Shown: one piece after another, positions 22,664-36,105 of the stretch
Layout of the letters: the number at the start of each line of letters is the position of its first letter
Position numbering within the stretch: the stretch's first letter is position 1
Origin: Piromyces finnis finn
Taxonomy: Eukaryota > Fungi > Neocallimastigomycota
Direction of reading: 5' to 3'
Assembly (NCBI GenBank): GCA_002104945.1
Contig: MCFH01000019.1
Span: 496,001 to 560,000 of the forward strand
DNA length: 64,000 bases
Position numbers and translations under genes: made by a program
The notes under the pieces: generated by a model
Database searches by the model: none
Seen by the model: only the letters and a program-made list of their open reading frames with translations
What the model was told of the DNA's origin: nothing

Positions 22664-24496
22664 ATGACAGAAAATATAACAAAAGAAAATATTAAAAGTT
22701 TTGGAAGTTCTTCCGTATTACTTTTACCAGGAAACTATCCTGTTACAGTGTCAATGATGAAGGCTACAAATATCAAATTTAATTCAATAGCATCGTCATG
22801 TATTGTAAAAGAAAAATCTTATCTTATTATTGAAGAAAATGGTTCAGCATACATTTCTCTGGATGTTAAATCTGTATCTATAATGCTTATTACTGCATGG
22901 GCAAATAATTGGAAATATTATGTCGGTAATTCTGTAAAAAGTGACCTTAAGGATATGGAATATGAGTTAAATAAAGATGGAAATGTATACCATATAAAGT
23001 TTCCAATTTTAGATCCTTCTGCTGATGGTGTTTACGTTCAAATGTGCGCTATGAGAAAAACAATGAATGCTTATTTGGCTATTGATTATTCATCTATTAA
23101 AGAAAAAGTTGGAATGAAATCATTAAGTGAAGATACTGAGTCAACAGAATCTTCATTAAAAGAAACTTCTACTGGAGCTAATGCTACTATTGAAAAAAGT
23201 AATACAAAAATTATAGATGGAAAAATTGTTCTTGGTACTTTAGAAAAAAAGTTAGCCCCTGGTACTTATACTGTCCCAATTAAATTAATGAATGCAACAG
23301 ATATTGAAACTCCATCCATGGCTAGTGATTGTGTTCCTTGTGCTGCCATACTTGTTATATCCGATGATGGTAAAGCTGAATTAAAAACACGTGTTCTTGA
23401 AGTTGTTATCGGTAAGGCATCAGATGTAGCTACCGAATGGAAAGTTTTCCAATCGAATTCTCCAAGTGGTACTACCTTGGACGCTACAATTATTGAATCT
23501 AGACAATATACAAATTCTGCTGGTCAAACCAATGAAGTCCCATCTGAAATTTCATTCATTATTCCACCAGAGGCTCAATCTATGAATGGTGTTTTTGTTA
23601 ATATGTTTATTGGATTAATGGGGTTCAATTCAAGTGCTTTTATTCACATTGATTATGAAAAGGCAGTTGTTGGTGATTTGGTGTATAAAGGTGATTTCCA
23701 TATTGAACAATTTGGAGAGTATGATGTTTTTGTCACTGTGTCAGTCAATGGAAAAGGTTTAATATCAAATGTTGATGTAACCGCCGATAACTTTGACGGT
23801 AGTTATATTAATACCAATAAACGTAAGATGAAAACAGCTATTAATGGTATGGTTAAAAATTATGTTGGTTTATCAGCCAAAGCTACTAAAGCAATTTCTG
23901 AGGTTAGATATGCTAAAGGTGCTAGATATTCCTCAGAAGCCATTAAAATTTCAATATTACGTGCTTTAAATTTAGAGGAGGAAGAAGAAGAAATTGAAGT
24001 ACCAGCATCTCCAATTGAAGAAGGTGAATATACCGTAGAAATTGAATATTTCACAGATGTTGTTAAACATAGTCTTGTTCAATATAAAATAAATACAGCA
24101 GATCTTCATGTTGATTCTAATGGAAAAATAAGGTTAAGTACTTTTATTATTAATGGTACAAAAACTGAACCATTATATATTAAGAAATTTAATGGTTACT
24201 ACGAAAATAATGATATTGTACAAGGAAAACTTAAGGAAGACATGGAAGTAGAAATGGATGATACCCGATTCCGTGATAAATATTTTGCTAAAGGAACAAA
24301 AATTGTAAAAAAAATCACTTTTCCATTAGAAGGTGATTATGCTCTTATTTATTATACAAACATGAATATTTATGTTCCAGTAATGAATAATCTTGATGGT
24401 GAACAAGATGGTGTTTTATACGATCATGGATGTTTTGATATTGATTGTTTTATTAAGATTTATTGGAATACATTGAAAAATAAAGCTACTCTGTAA
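22664..24496 (+). CDS. Triple NEAT-like domain + FMN_bind-like domain protein (610 aa from ATG), bacterial-like, no signal peptide
   Basis: Three repeats with the NEAT pattern L.pG.Y.V.......SMA....L.V..dG...FP...V.m.v..M....l.iD/W (~22721-23095, ~23252-23666, ~24011-24475). Between repeats 2 and 3 is V.VsV.gkg.I.nV.V...GARYSSEAI..sI.rAL, the FMN_bind pattern (normally SGATxSS.aI..AV..AL). Intronless. Confidence 0.8.
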   Translation: MTENITKENIKSFGSSSVLLLPGNYPVTVSMMKATNIKFNSIASSCIVKEKSYLIIEENGSAYISLDVKSVSIMLITAWANNWKYYVGNSVKSDLKDMEYELNKDGNVYHIKFPILDPSADGVYVQMCAMRKTMNAYLAIDYSSIKEKVGMKSLSEDTESTESSLKETSTGANATIEKSNTKIIDGKIVLGTLEKKLAPGTYTVPIKLMNATDIETPSMASDCVPCAAILVISDDGKAELKTRVLEVVIGKASDVATEWKVFQSNSPSGTTLDATIIESRQYTNSAGQTNEVPSEISFIIPPEAQSMNGVFVNMFIGLMGFNSSAFIHIDYEKAVVGDLVYKGDFHIEQFGEYDVFVTVSVNGKGLISNVDVTADNFDGSYINTNKRKMKTAINGMVKNYVGLSAKATKAISEVRYAKGARYSSEAIKISILRALNLEEEEEEIEVPASPIEEGEYTVEIEYFTDVVKHSLVQYKINTADLHVDSNGKIRLSTFIINGTKTEPLYIKKFNGYYENNDIVQGKLKEDMEVEMDDTRFRDKYFAKGTKIVKKITFPLEGDYALIYYTNMNIYVPVMNNLDGEQDGVLYDHGCFDIDCFIKIYWNTLKNKATL

Positions 24497-24744
24497 TTCT
24501 TAAAAAAATACAGTGAAAAAAAAAAAAAACCACTATAAAATCCATACAATGAAAAAAAAAAAAGAAATAAAAATCATTATTTCTTTATATACCATAGTAA
24601 TAATTAAATCTCAATTAGATATATCTTTTTTTTTTTTTATTTTTTTGCTATTTCTAACTTGATATGTATACATATATATATATTTAAGGTTATAGCTAGT
24701 CTACTACTAAATAAATAGATTATTAAATAAGATAGACAAGAGAG

Positions 24745-24745
<1 letters not shown>

Positions 24746-24806
<61 letters not shown>
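24746..24806. repeat. (AAT)n microsatellite
   Basis: Direct trinucleotide run. Confidence 0.95.
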
Positions 24807-24807
<1 letters not shown>

Positions 24808-25394
24808 TCAAAAGTGATATTAATTATTATAATTCTATAAACAACAACAACAGTAATAGATATATAAATATTTTAAAATAGTACTATAATAACATCGAAA
24901 TATAAAAATTATAAATCATTAATTTATATTCCATTAAAAAAAAAATAATAACAAAATCAACTTTAATTAAAAAGCAACGATCAATAACAATAAAATTACA
25001 ATTAAACCGATAAAAATATAAAATACTCTTTTGAAAATATTATTATTAACCGTCTTTTTTTTTTATTTTATTTTATTTTAATGAGTTCATTTATAATATT
25101 TATTTTTTTTTATAAAATGATAAATAGATGAATGATATAATACAGCACGGCTACTATAATACATATGTATTTCATTTATATTTATGTATATTTGTATAAT
25201 GATTTAAATAGAAATATTAAATAATAAGTATTATAAAAAGTTTATATATATTTAAAAACATTAAACATTTTATTATATATATATATATATTTTCTTCCTT
25301 TGAATTTGAATTAAATATACAAAGATAGATAATGATAGATGATAATTTTAATTTAATGTAAAACTTGTTTTTCTATACATATAAAAAATAGATT

Positions 25395-25435
<41 letters not shown>

Positions 25436-25472
25436 GAAAATACTAATATTAATTTATAGTGATTTATAGTGA

Positions 25473-25503
<31 letters not shown>

Positions 25504-25723
25504 TTCAAAATTATTATATTCTTATGAAATAATTAAGTAAACATTATTATATTTCAAAAAAAAAAAACAAACAAACAAACAAACAAACAAAAAAAAAATA
25601 GTTGGTTATATTTATTTCAGATTCAAATATTAAATTAAATTTAAATCTATATCTAATTTTTTCAATATTATTTTTTTTTTTTTTTGAATTCTTTTTCTTC
25701 TTCTATTTGTAGTATAAATAGTA

Positions 25724-28316
25724 CTATTTATATTTATATTTTAACTGTGAAACAGCCTTATAAATATTTACACTTTTTTCAATATTTTGTAACAAGTTAT
25801 CTCTAGCATTTTCATTTAATTTACAGCCACAAGAGGTAGAATCATGAACTAAACATTTTTCATGTCGTATATATATAAAATATGTTATTGGATTATAACC
25901 TTCTTTTTTGGTAATAAAAAAGATTTTATCCCATGAAAGAAATACAAATATACTAATATAACAAATTGTATTTAATGCTATATCATAACAAATTCTTGAA
26001 TATCTATGATCCTTTAAAATAGAAAGACTAAAAAGCTTTTTTTTTTTTTTTTTTTTTTTTTAATAATATATATTTTATATAAGTATGGTTAGAATTTAAT
26101 TATTTATATTCATTAATGGTAAAAAAAAAAAAAAAAGTTAATCTATATTTACATTCATTAGTGGACCGGTTGCAATAGAAACATATGAGGAATATGTAAT
26201 ATAAATTACATATTTAAATATAATTTCAAATCGTGAAGTTATTTTTCCAATAAATATAAGTAAAAATATTATTAATACGTAAATTGAGTTGTAAAATAAA
26301 TCAGGTTTATCGAGATTACATTGAAATGCAAATGCATCTTTATTTAATACTAATTCTTTTTCTTTATCTTCATTTTTTTTATAATCCCAGAAATAATAAA
26401 GTATTGTAGCTACGGTGAATAAAATGAAAAATAAATATAAAACTTGTATTCTAATATGGAAATAATGAGTACTTTTAACTTTTTTATAATAACTATTGTT
26501 GATATCGGTAAACCAACTTGAATTTTCACTTTTTGTTTCTGAATCTTTAAAAGTTAAATAGGAAACTGAAAATTTACCGGAATACCTTATTTCATTGGAT
26601 TTTGCAACATTATTATGGGTAGTGTTATTTAGAGGATAGGAAACACATTCTCCATCCACATTTTCTAATTCATCTTTTAAAAACTTAAATTTTTCCTCAT
26701 TTTTTTTCTTGTATCCTAATCTATAATTAATAACGAGGTTTTCATAGCATACAGTAAGTATTGTGATTATACCGACATGCTTAAGAAAGAAATTGATGGC
26801 ACATCCATTGAAATCCATATAGGTAACAAACAAATTACTTATAAAATAGATTATTATTCCAAATGAAAATTGTAAATTTTGTTTGAGTCCTGTATCCTTA
26901 ATAATATTTTCATTACGATATATTATTAAAAATAGAATGAAAAGAGATACAATCACTACAATTGGTATAGTACCAATTAAAATAATTAATTTTAATTTAC
27001 TATAAAATCATGAATTATAATCAAAAAAAAAAAAAAAGAAAGAATTTTTTTTTTTTAGTATTTTATAAAATTTATATCTATTTATTATTTATATTAAAGT
27101 GTACCTAAAATCAACAACTATTTTATCGTCACAAACTTTTCCTTGATATCCAGCATTACATTGACAATTATTTTTATAGGGATCATTTTTTAAATTATCT
27201 TCACTTGGGTAACATATACCATTTTCTTTATTACATTCTGGCTTACATAGTGCATTTTCACAACGTAAAATATTATTATTATCATAAATCGCGATTTGAT
27301 GTTTACTACAATAGTTTACCATTACTTCTATATCTGGGAAATCAAATTTAATTTCTTCATAATAATTTTCAATGGATATCTTTAAAATATATAAACTAGC
27401 ATTTGCAATTACTTTAACATTATTTAATTCACATACACCTACATATAAGCATTTTTTTTTATTATTTCATTATAGTTTTTAACATTAAAATAATGAAGAA
27501 TTTGTGAAAAAGAATATATATATATATATTTTAAAATAATATCGTTATTATTATATTATTAAATTATTATGCTAATAGTCATTTAATATATATATATATA
27601 TATAAATATATTCATGAATTTATATTTACCATTAATAAAAGTTCCAATATTTTTCGTTAAATAAAAATTAACATTATCTCCATTCTTATTATCTGGGCTA
27701 CTTAAGGAAAGTTTTAGTGTTAAGGAAGAATAGTATTTTGTTATATCATTAATTATATTATTATATTCATCTAATAATAAAAATTTTAGGGAAAAGAAAT
27801 TTCCAGAAGTAATGGTAATTCTATTATTTTTTAATGTTGTATTCAGTGAAATGTAATAGGGTTTAGTTGTAAAGTCATTGATAAATGAATTTACGGTATT
27901 ATTTTCAAATTTCCAATTTTTTATATCCATTACATTGAACATATTTTGATCCTTTGAATTTGGAGTATATATTCCTCCTCCCATAATCCCTGCTTTATTT
28001 TTAATAATTTCGTTATTTTTACTAGTGGCTAAAAATAATTTATTATAATTGGAATAGACGGCTCCTCCAAAATTTTCTGCTTCGTTTTCAATAAAAGTAT
28101 TATTTTCAAATTTTATTACATTTTCATTAATATTTCTCGGACTATGCTTCTTTTTATTATTATCATATGAAGCTTCAGCATTAGTTAAATATATTGCTCC
28201 TCCATTAATTCCATAATTTTTTTTGAAAGTATTTGAAAACAAATCAAGATTCATATCTTTAATATTGCTAATACATCTTTTTTTTTTTTTTTTGAATTTG
28301 AATTTGAAAGGAAATA

Positions 28317-28413
<97 letters not shown>

Positions 28414-30799
28414 TTATATATATTGAATTAATTATACAAATATATATAAGATATAAAATATTATATTAGATTAATCATAATTACAAAATTTTAATTTTTT
28501 AATTTTTTTATATAAAAAAGTTCATACATTGCTCCTCCATCACTTTTACTATAATTATTTGAAAATTCAGAATTGGAGATTGAAATATTTAAATCATTCG
28601 AAAAATGAATACTACCGCAATCCAATTTATTCATGTTGGTATTACCAATGAATTTAAAATCAGAAATAGATATTGCAGCCTGTTTTTTTTTATGAAATAT
28701 TTAACAATAGCGAAAAAAAGAATTAAATATAAATAACAAATTTTAATTAAATTTTTTATTAAAATCACAATAATTTAATAGTTACTTTATTTGAAAAAAT
28801 ATCTATAATTGAACCATATGATTTAATATTATTAATATATGAATTGTTAATTATGATTGAAGCTGAATCCCCAATAATTTTAATAAAAGGTCCATTGGAT
28901 TGACTGTTTTTCCCAATTAAATTATTTATTTCCATATTTACATCGTTTTCACTGGAATCATACAAGATAAATGATGAGTCACCTCGATCACCAATACATG
29001 TAATGTCATTAAATTCGACAATATTCATTTTTACATCACTATATACAAAATATAATAATGCCTTTGAATTGGATGTTATATTATTGAACTTTATATTATT
29101 TAAATCGTATGACGATTCTTCATTAAATAATCCTTTTGATAAACTATGATATATATGCATATTAAATTATTTAATAATATTATTAAAATTGTTATATATT
29201 ATTTATTTAATTAATATATATCTATATTTTACATTAAGTTATAAAACATAGAATTCTCAATTTTAAAACTTGATGATACTGCGTTTGAAAAAGCAGGAAT
29301 TGATTGGGTTGAAGCTATGTCTTTGAATATGACATTTGATATTTTAGTATTTAAGTATTTTCCTGTGAGTATAGAACTAGTATCTTTTGAATTTTTATTA
29401 GTAAATAGTGATTAGTAAAAAAAAAAAAAAAAAGAAATACTCAAAAATTAATGCTGGAATAAATAAAAATATGTTTATAATTACTTTTAAATGTAGAATC
29501 ATTTATAATGACATTGAGGTGATTATAACTATTAATTATTTCAAATATATAACCTGAATCTGAATAAAAATTTGAAAATGTTGAATTTTTGATTCTTTTA
29601 TATTATCCATTGTTATTATCCGTTGTTAATTGATTTAATTTTATTATAAGAAAAATATATTATATTATTTTAAAACAATATTTATATATATGTTAAATAG
29701 AAATAATATATAATAAAATGCCTTACTCTAAGTTTAAATTGTTGGCTGTAATAAATGGATATGAATTTCTTATGTCAATATTTTCAATTACTGAATTTAT
29801 AAACCGTATTGAATTATCTTTTATTCGATTATTAATAAATGAATATTCAATTTCGGTGTTTCTGTATATTTTAGGATAAGAAAAGTAACCTTTATAAAAG
29901 AGATAATCATAGTTAACACAAAAATACTTTTTTTTTTTTTTTCCTTTTAATAAATATTTATATATATTTTTTAATATTTACAATTTTCGAAAACATATCC
30001 ATTATTATATAACTGTAAACTTATATTATTATCAATAAAATTACAGTCCTTAAACAAAATATTGAAATATTTATATAATTCGTCCAGAGCATAAGAATTT
30101 TTATGAATAACAATAATATAATCTTTACCATCATTATTACTTAAATATAGAAATTATATATTAATATATATATAAATTAGTAAAAAGTAAATATAAAATA
30201 TTACTATTGTTTTATTATATAAAAAAAAAAAAGTTATATTTTTACTAAAAATCGCATTTGTCGAATGTAAGTTGAGGTTCAGTAATAGATAGTTTTGTGG
30301 ATGTAATCATTATTGAAAAATTAGTTACAATATTATGAATAAAAGAACAATTGTAGAATTCTACTTTTAAGCTATCTATTGAATTATTATTATTGTAAAA
30401 GTTAAAAAGTCCAATGTAACTTTGAGAGGAAGGATTAAAATCCTTAAATGTTATATTTTCAAATCGAACACGTTTTCCTTTTATATTAGAAGATATTATT
30501 TTAAAATATCCAAAACTATCATTTATAAAATCGAATATGGTTCCATTTTCATTTCCTTTAAATATTATATTTTTTTCTATGTAAAATTCATGATAACTAA
30601 TTAACTTTTCTCTAAATAACTCCATATCATAATAATTCTCGACAAAATCAATAATTAAAGTATCGTCAACATCATTATTTATAATACTTGCTAGATTTAA
30701 AAAAGTTTCATAGTCTTTTATTGTGACAGTTTTTGAATAAACAGTTAATATTTGTATAATGGTAAAACATGCTGTTATCCAATATAAAATTCTTTTCAT
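25724..30799 (-). CDS. Multi-exon class C GPCR-like receptor with beta-helix (pectin-lyase-like/Pmp-type GGA(I/V)) ectodomain and EGF-like module
   Basis: Exon 1 has a signal peptide (MKRILYWITACFTIIQILTVYS). N/I/F-rich beta-helix exons carry GGAIY, FGGAVYS and GGGIY. The EGF exon reads C..ECNKENGIC...C.CNAGYQGKVC. TM exon 26138..26956 and a last TM exon ~25724-26030 (C.VH....CGC tail). Internal exon boundaries are approximate. Confidence 0.8.
28318..28412. repeat. Intronic (ATT)n microsatellite
   Basis: Direct run inside a GPCR intron; it explains the poly-Leu ORF 28223..28426. Confidence 0.95.
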
Positions 30800-30894
30800 T
30801 ATAATATTTCATTAAATTTATATAAAATATTAGAAAAAAAAAAAAAAAGATGTTTTATAAATATTAAAATAATAGTGATAATAATAATATTAAA

Positions 30895-31090
<196 letters not shown>

Positions 31091-34000
31091 GATTACAATT
31101 GAAAAAATAATATTAACTTTTTTTTTCGATGGTGAAAATTAGATATTATAATAGATTCATTTATTGTATAAGCATTATAATTTTTAAAAAGTATAGCATA
31201 TAATTAAAATTAAAAATAATAAAAAAAAAAATTAGAAGCTTATTTAGAAATAAACTTTATATAGTTATAATATGCATTATAAAATTAATTCAATATATAT
31301 TGCCCGTTTTTTATCATTATTTTCAGTTATTTGATTTTGGTTAAATATACTCTTCAATAAAAAAAAAAATTTTTTAAATAACTCTTTTTTCTGGTAAAGT
31401 TAAAACTATAAATATATAGAGGTTATTTTATTAATAAAAAAGTTTTAAGTATAATTTTATTATAAATTAAAAATATGTTTTACTATTCTAAAAATATCAG
31501 CATAATTAAAAAAACAACTATATTTACTTTAAAAAAAAATAAGGTATAAATTTATTGTATTTACTTATGATAACCAAAATCATAATTATATGATATAATA
31601 TGAAATCTATAATTTTTAGATAAATAATATGAATAATGAATCTATATCATTATTTTTTGGTTATATATTAAAGCATTATTTAATAAGAAATTAAAAAGAA
31701 AGGATTGTATTTATTTGCTATATAATTATATTTTTAAAGATATTATTTTATATATAATAATTTATTATAGAATAAATAGTGGTAAGATTATTAAAATTAT
31801 GTCTTGTTTTAATAATTCTAAATCAATTTATAAAGTTATGTTTGAATCTAGTAAATTAATGAATATGTTATATATTTATATATATTTGAATTAATATTTG
31901 ATATTGGTAATCATAAAGAAATATCATATATTCATATATAAAAAAGTACCAGATCCAAATTCAAATTTAAGAATAAAACTATTTATTATATAGTAATAAC
32001 GTTGCTTTTGATATTGTTATAACACAATTAAGTTATTACCAAAAATTTTTAATTATAATTAAACTTTTTAAAAAGAAAAATTAAACATTTTTAAATTTAA
32101 AGAATAGAAAATTTGTTAACTAATATTTTTTTTTTTTTCTTTGTATCTGTATATAAATAGAAAATTTTAAAATTTATTATAAAGTTTCTTTTAAAAAATG
32201 AATGAGAAGAAGAAGAAATATATGTTTTAATGTGTTTTAGGTGACAAATAAAAATAAAAAATATATGTATTTATATTTACAAATATGTATGAATTGAAAA
32301 TTTCTTGATATCATACTATATGTTTTGTCAAGTAGTTCATTTGATTGATCTATTTAATGAAAATAATCATTTCAAAAAGGTAAAAGCCAAGAAACCTCTC
32401 CCATCTAAATAAATTTTTACTATTTCACATTCTATTTATTTTAAATTCAAGATATATATAATTTAATTTGAATTAGTAAATATTTTCATATATAGAGTTA
32501 AAAAAAAAAAAAAGAATTATTTTTCCATAAATAATTTTTAGAGGTAGGGATGATTTATTATACTTGCTTTCTTTTCTGGAGGGTCAAAAAATTTGACTTG
32601 AAATTTCAGGCAGAGAAAAACGACCTTTGATTAAGTGTGACCGGAGATTTTTTTTATTTTAGCCACACTTCTTGGTGTGGTATATAACTTGATAAAATGG
32701 ATACATATAGAAACATATATATATTAAAAGATATTAAGCTTTACAAAATGCATCTTTTTTAAAAATTTTTAAAATTATTGAGAAAAGATTTTTTTATATT
32801 TTTTAAAGTTGCTTATTTTATTTATCTTATAGTCTATTTTTATTTTATTTAGAGATAATCTTTTTTGATTCATACTCTAAAGATAAAAGAATATTAATCA
32901 TTCATTTATTTTGACTAATACAAAAAAAAAAGGGAAGAACTAATAAGTTTTAAACATTTAATAACTTCTTTTATTGAACGAAATTTCAATAAAAAAAAAG
33001 GTTAATGTAACAAAACTTTTTTTTTTCAATCAATAATAATAAAGAAATTATGGTTTTATAATAAATCAATAAAGTTTTTTTTTTTTTTTTTTTTTTAAAA
33101 AAATTACTATATTTAATAATTTTTTTTTATATTATTAAATATTCTCCATTAATATGATTAAAACTATAATAAATAATTTTATATTTAAATTTTCCCTTAA
33201 CTTTATATCTTTATTACAGTACATAAATAAATACTTTTTTTTTTTTTTTTTTGACTATATATATTGTATTAATAGAAAATAATATACAATTGTTACTGTT
33301 AATTTTTTATAATTTTTTTTTTAAAAAATATATATATATATTTAAAATTATTTGGATATGCTTTTTGTATGGTAAAATAAAGATATTTTTTAAAGTTTTT
33401 TTTACGATTAAAAATAAATATATACAAATATATGAAAATATTTATCTATTTTATCTATTATAATACAAAAGATTTTATTTTATACAATACAAATATAATA
33501 TAAAATATGTAAAATGCTATATTTAATATTAATATATTATATGTATAATTGTGCTTTCTTTTTCCTTTTTATAATTCTCCTTTTCTTTAATCTCATTGTA
33601 TGTAAAAGTGTGCTTTCTTTTTCCTTTTATAATTCTCTCTCTCTTTTATCTCTGTACTCTATAAATTTTAATAAGTAAATTCAAAAAGATGTTTTTTTTT
33701 TAATTAATAAAAACATTACTAATTTATTATTGGTAATGTTTTTAGTAATATATCCGTACAAATTATAACACCATAAATTTTAGTCAAAATTATTACATTT
33801 TATATATTACTTAAAAATAATTATTAAAGCTATGCAATATTATTTTTAATTTTTCGTATTTAATTATTATTATTTTTTTTTTAATGAAATGTTATTTTAT
33901 CCAAGGTATGTTATGAATAGTGCTCTAAGTGAAAAGCTTATTAAATTTTTTTATACTTGTAATTAATAAAAGAAAGGAAACGAATGAAAAAATAATATAA

Positions 34001-34811
34001 ATACTAATTTTATAATTTAATACTTTATACTTTTAAGTTTTTTTATTTGTATTACCTTTATTTATGATTAACTTTATATAAAGAAAACTACTCTATTAGT
34101 AGTAGCTACGATTAGCTATATTTTTTATTATTATTCGGAAGATTAATCTTCATTTAAAAAAAGTTAACTTTTTAAATTAATTTTTTTAATTAATTTTTTT
34201 AAATTAAAAAATTAAGTTGTACAAACATATATTACATTATATTATAATATATTATAAAATAAATTGAAATTCAATGATTAAAAATTAAATTTATTATAAA
34301 ATAAAATTAAAATTTTAAATTTTAAAAGAGTCAATTCTAATATATTATATATAATATATTATATTTATTAATTTTTTTTTTAAAATTAGATTAAAAAAAT
34401 TAATTAAAAAAATGGTTGGAATGAGAAATGAAAATGAAAAGAAATGAAGGAAAAGAAATAAGAAAGAGAATAAAGAAAATAATAATAATAATACTTATTA
34501 TTACTAAAACTTTATATTTTTAAAATTATACTTTTTTTATTTAAAATGACAATACTATTATTTAAACCTTTTTTTAATTAATCTATATAGAATAAAGTTT
34601 AATAAATAAAAAAAAAGGCAATATAAAAAAAGTTACAACAACAATATAAATCATCATCATCATTATCATCATCATTTTTTATATACGTTATTTAATGATA
34701 ATTAATTAATAAAACCGCATTTTCATTAATTAGTAATATTTCATTACAATGAAAAAAAAAGGTTTATTAAATATTAATTAATTAAATCAATTTAAAAGGA
34801 ACTTTTTTTAT

Positions 34812-34843
<32 letters not shown>

Positions 34844-35088
34844 AGTTTTTTTTTATATCGTTTAAGAATAAAAAAAAAAAAAAAGATATTTTATATATAA
34901 ATAAACTAGTTTTATTTTATCTAAAATAAAGTTTTAAAGGTATACTTTCTAGTTAAGAAAACAAAATAATAATAAAATAATTATATATTTTATAATACTC
35001 TATTATAATAAAATAAATATTAAATATAATTATAAATATAATTATTAAATAAAATAAATTGTTAGAATTTAACAATCTGTTATTTAAA

Positions 35089-36105
35089 ATGACCAAGCAA
35101 CAAAATAAGAATTTACAACCAGTTCTTGTAAGTTGTTCAATGCATTATTTATTAGAAATATAATAAATATTGATATTTATATACTAAATACTTTTTTTTA
35201 TTATATAATTAAAAAATGTAGTTCCGGTAATTATTATATATTCTTCTTTATTTTTTAAAAAATAGTTTCAATAGAGGAATAAAAACTAATAATTAAAAAA
35301 AAAAAAAAAAAAAAAATGCATATATCATATTTAATAGTTGGAAGTTTGGTGGAAAAAAAGTTTTCTTAACTGGTACTTTTGATAACTGGCAAGGTAATTA
35401 ATAATAAATAAAAGATAAAAAAATATTTACTAGAATAAAAAATAGTTAGTAACTAAATAATAATTATTTAATATTCCTTAAATAATATATATATATATAC
35501 TAAATGGATATTTTATATAGTCTCTGTTCCAATGATGTTAGATCCAGAAGGTATAATTTTAAAATATATTTTAAAATTCTTCTTTCTAATTTCGATAATA
35601 AATATATCAAATATAAAATAAATTTTATTAAAACTTTTAAATTATATTAGCTCCAGAAGAACATATTGCTACTTTATACCTTGACAGATCAAAAACTCAT
35701 GAATTCAAATTTATTGTTGATGGTACTTGGTAAGTATTTAACTTTTTTTTTTTTTTTATTTTTTGTATTTAATATAATTAAATAATAGAAATTTCAAAAA
35801 ATTTTAAAAATAAAAAATAAAAATTTAACATAAATTTATGGTTTTGAAGGAGATTATCAGCCGATTTTGAAACTTGTGATGATCATAGTGGTAACTTTAA
35901 CAATGTATTATACCCATTACCACCACAATTATTACAACATAGAGTGAGTTTTTTTTTTTTTTTTTCTTATTAAAAAGAAAGTAAAATATAATTATAATTA
36001 TTTTTATATATATATTAATTTTAATATATATTTATATATTTTTTTCATTATTAATAAAAGTTTTCACATTCCAAGATGAATTATGCTATTCCAAACAGAA
36101 GATAA
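35089..36105 (+). CDS. Small stand-alone AMPK1_CBM / CBM48-like glycogen-binding protein (115 aa, 7 exons)
   Basis: Exons 35089-35127, 35222-35226, 35338-35393, 35521-35550, 35651-35729, 35850-35943 and 36061-36105, all GT-AG, splice in frame to MTKQQNKNLQPVLFRWKFGGKKVFLTGTFDNWQVSVPMMLDPEAPEEHIATLYLDRSKTHEFKFIVDGTWRLSADFETCDDHSGNFNNVLYPLPPQLLQHRFSHSKMNYAIPNRR*. Carries the W..GG..V.lTGtFdnW, fKFiVDG.W and GN.NN motifs. Confidence 0.88.

Noticed and set aside
33551-33650. ~30-bp direct repeat GTGCTTTCTTTTTCCTTTT(T)ATAATTCTC
   Set aside because: Two low-complexity copies only; no spacer array, so not CRISPR-like.
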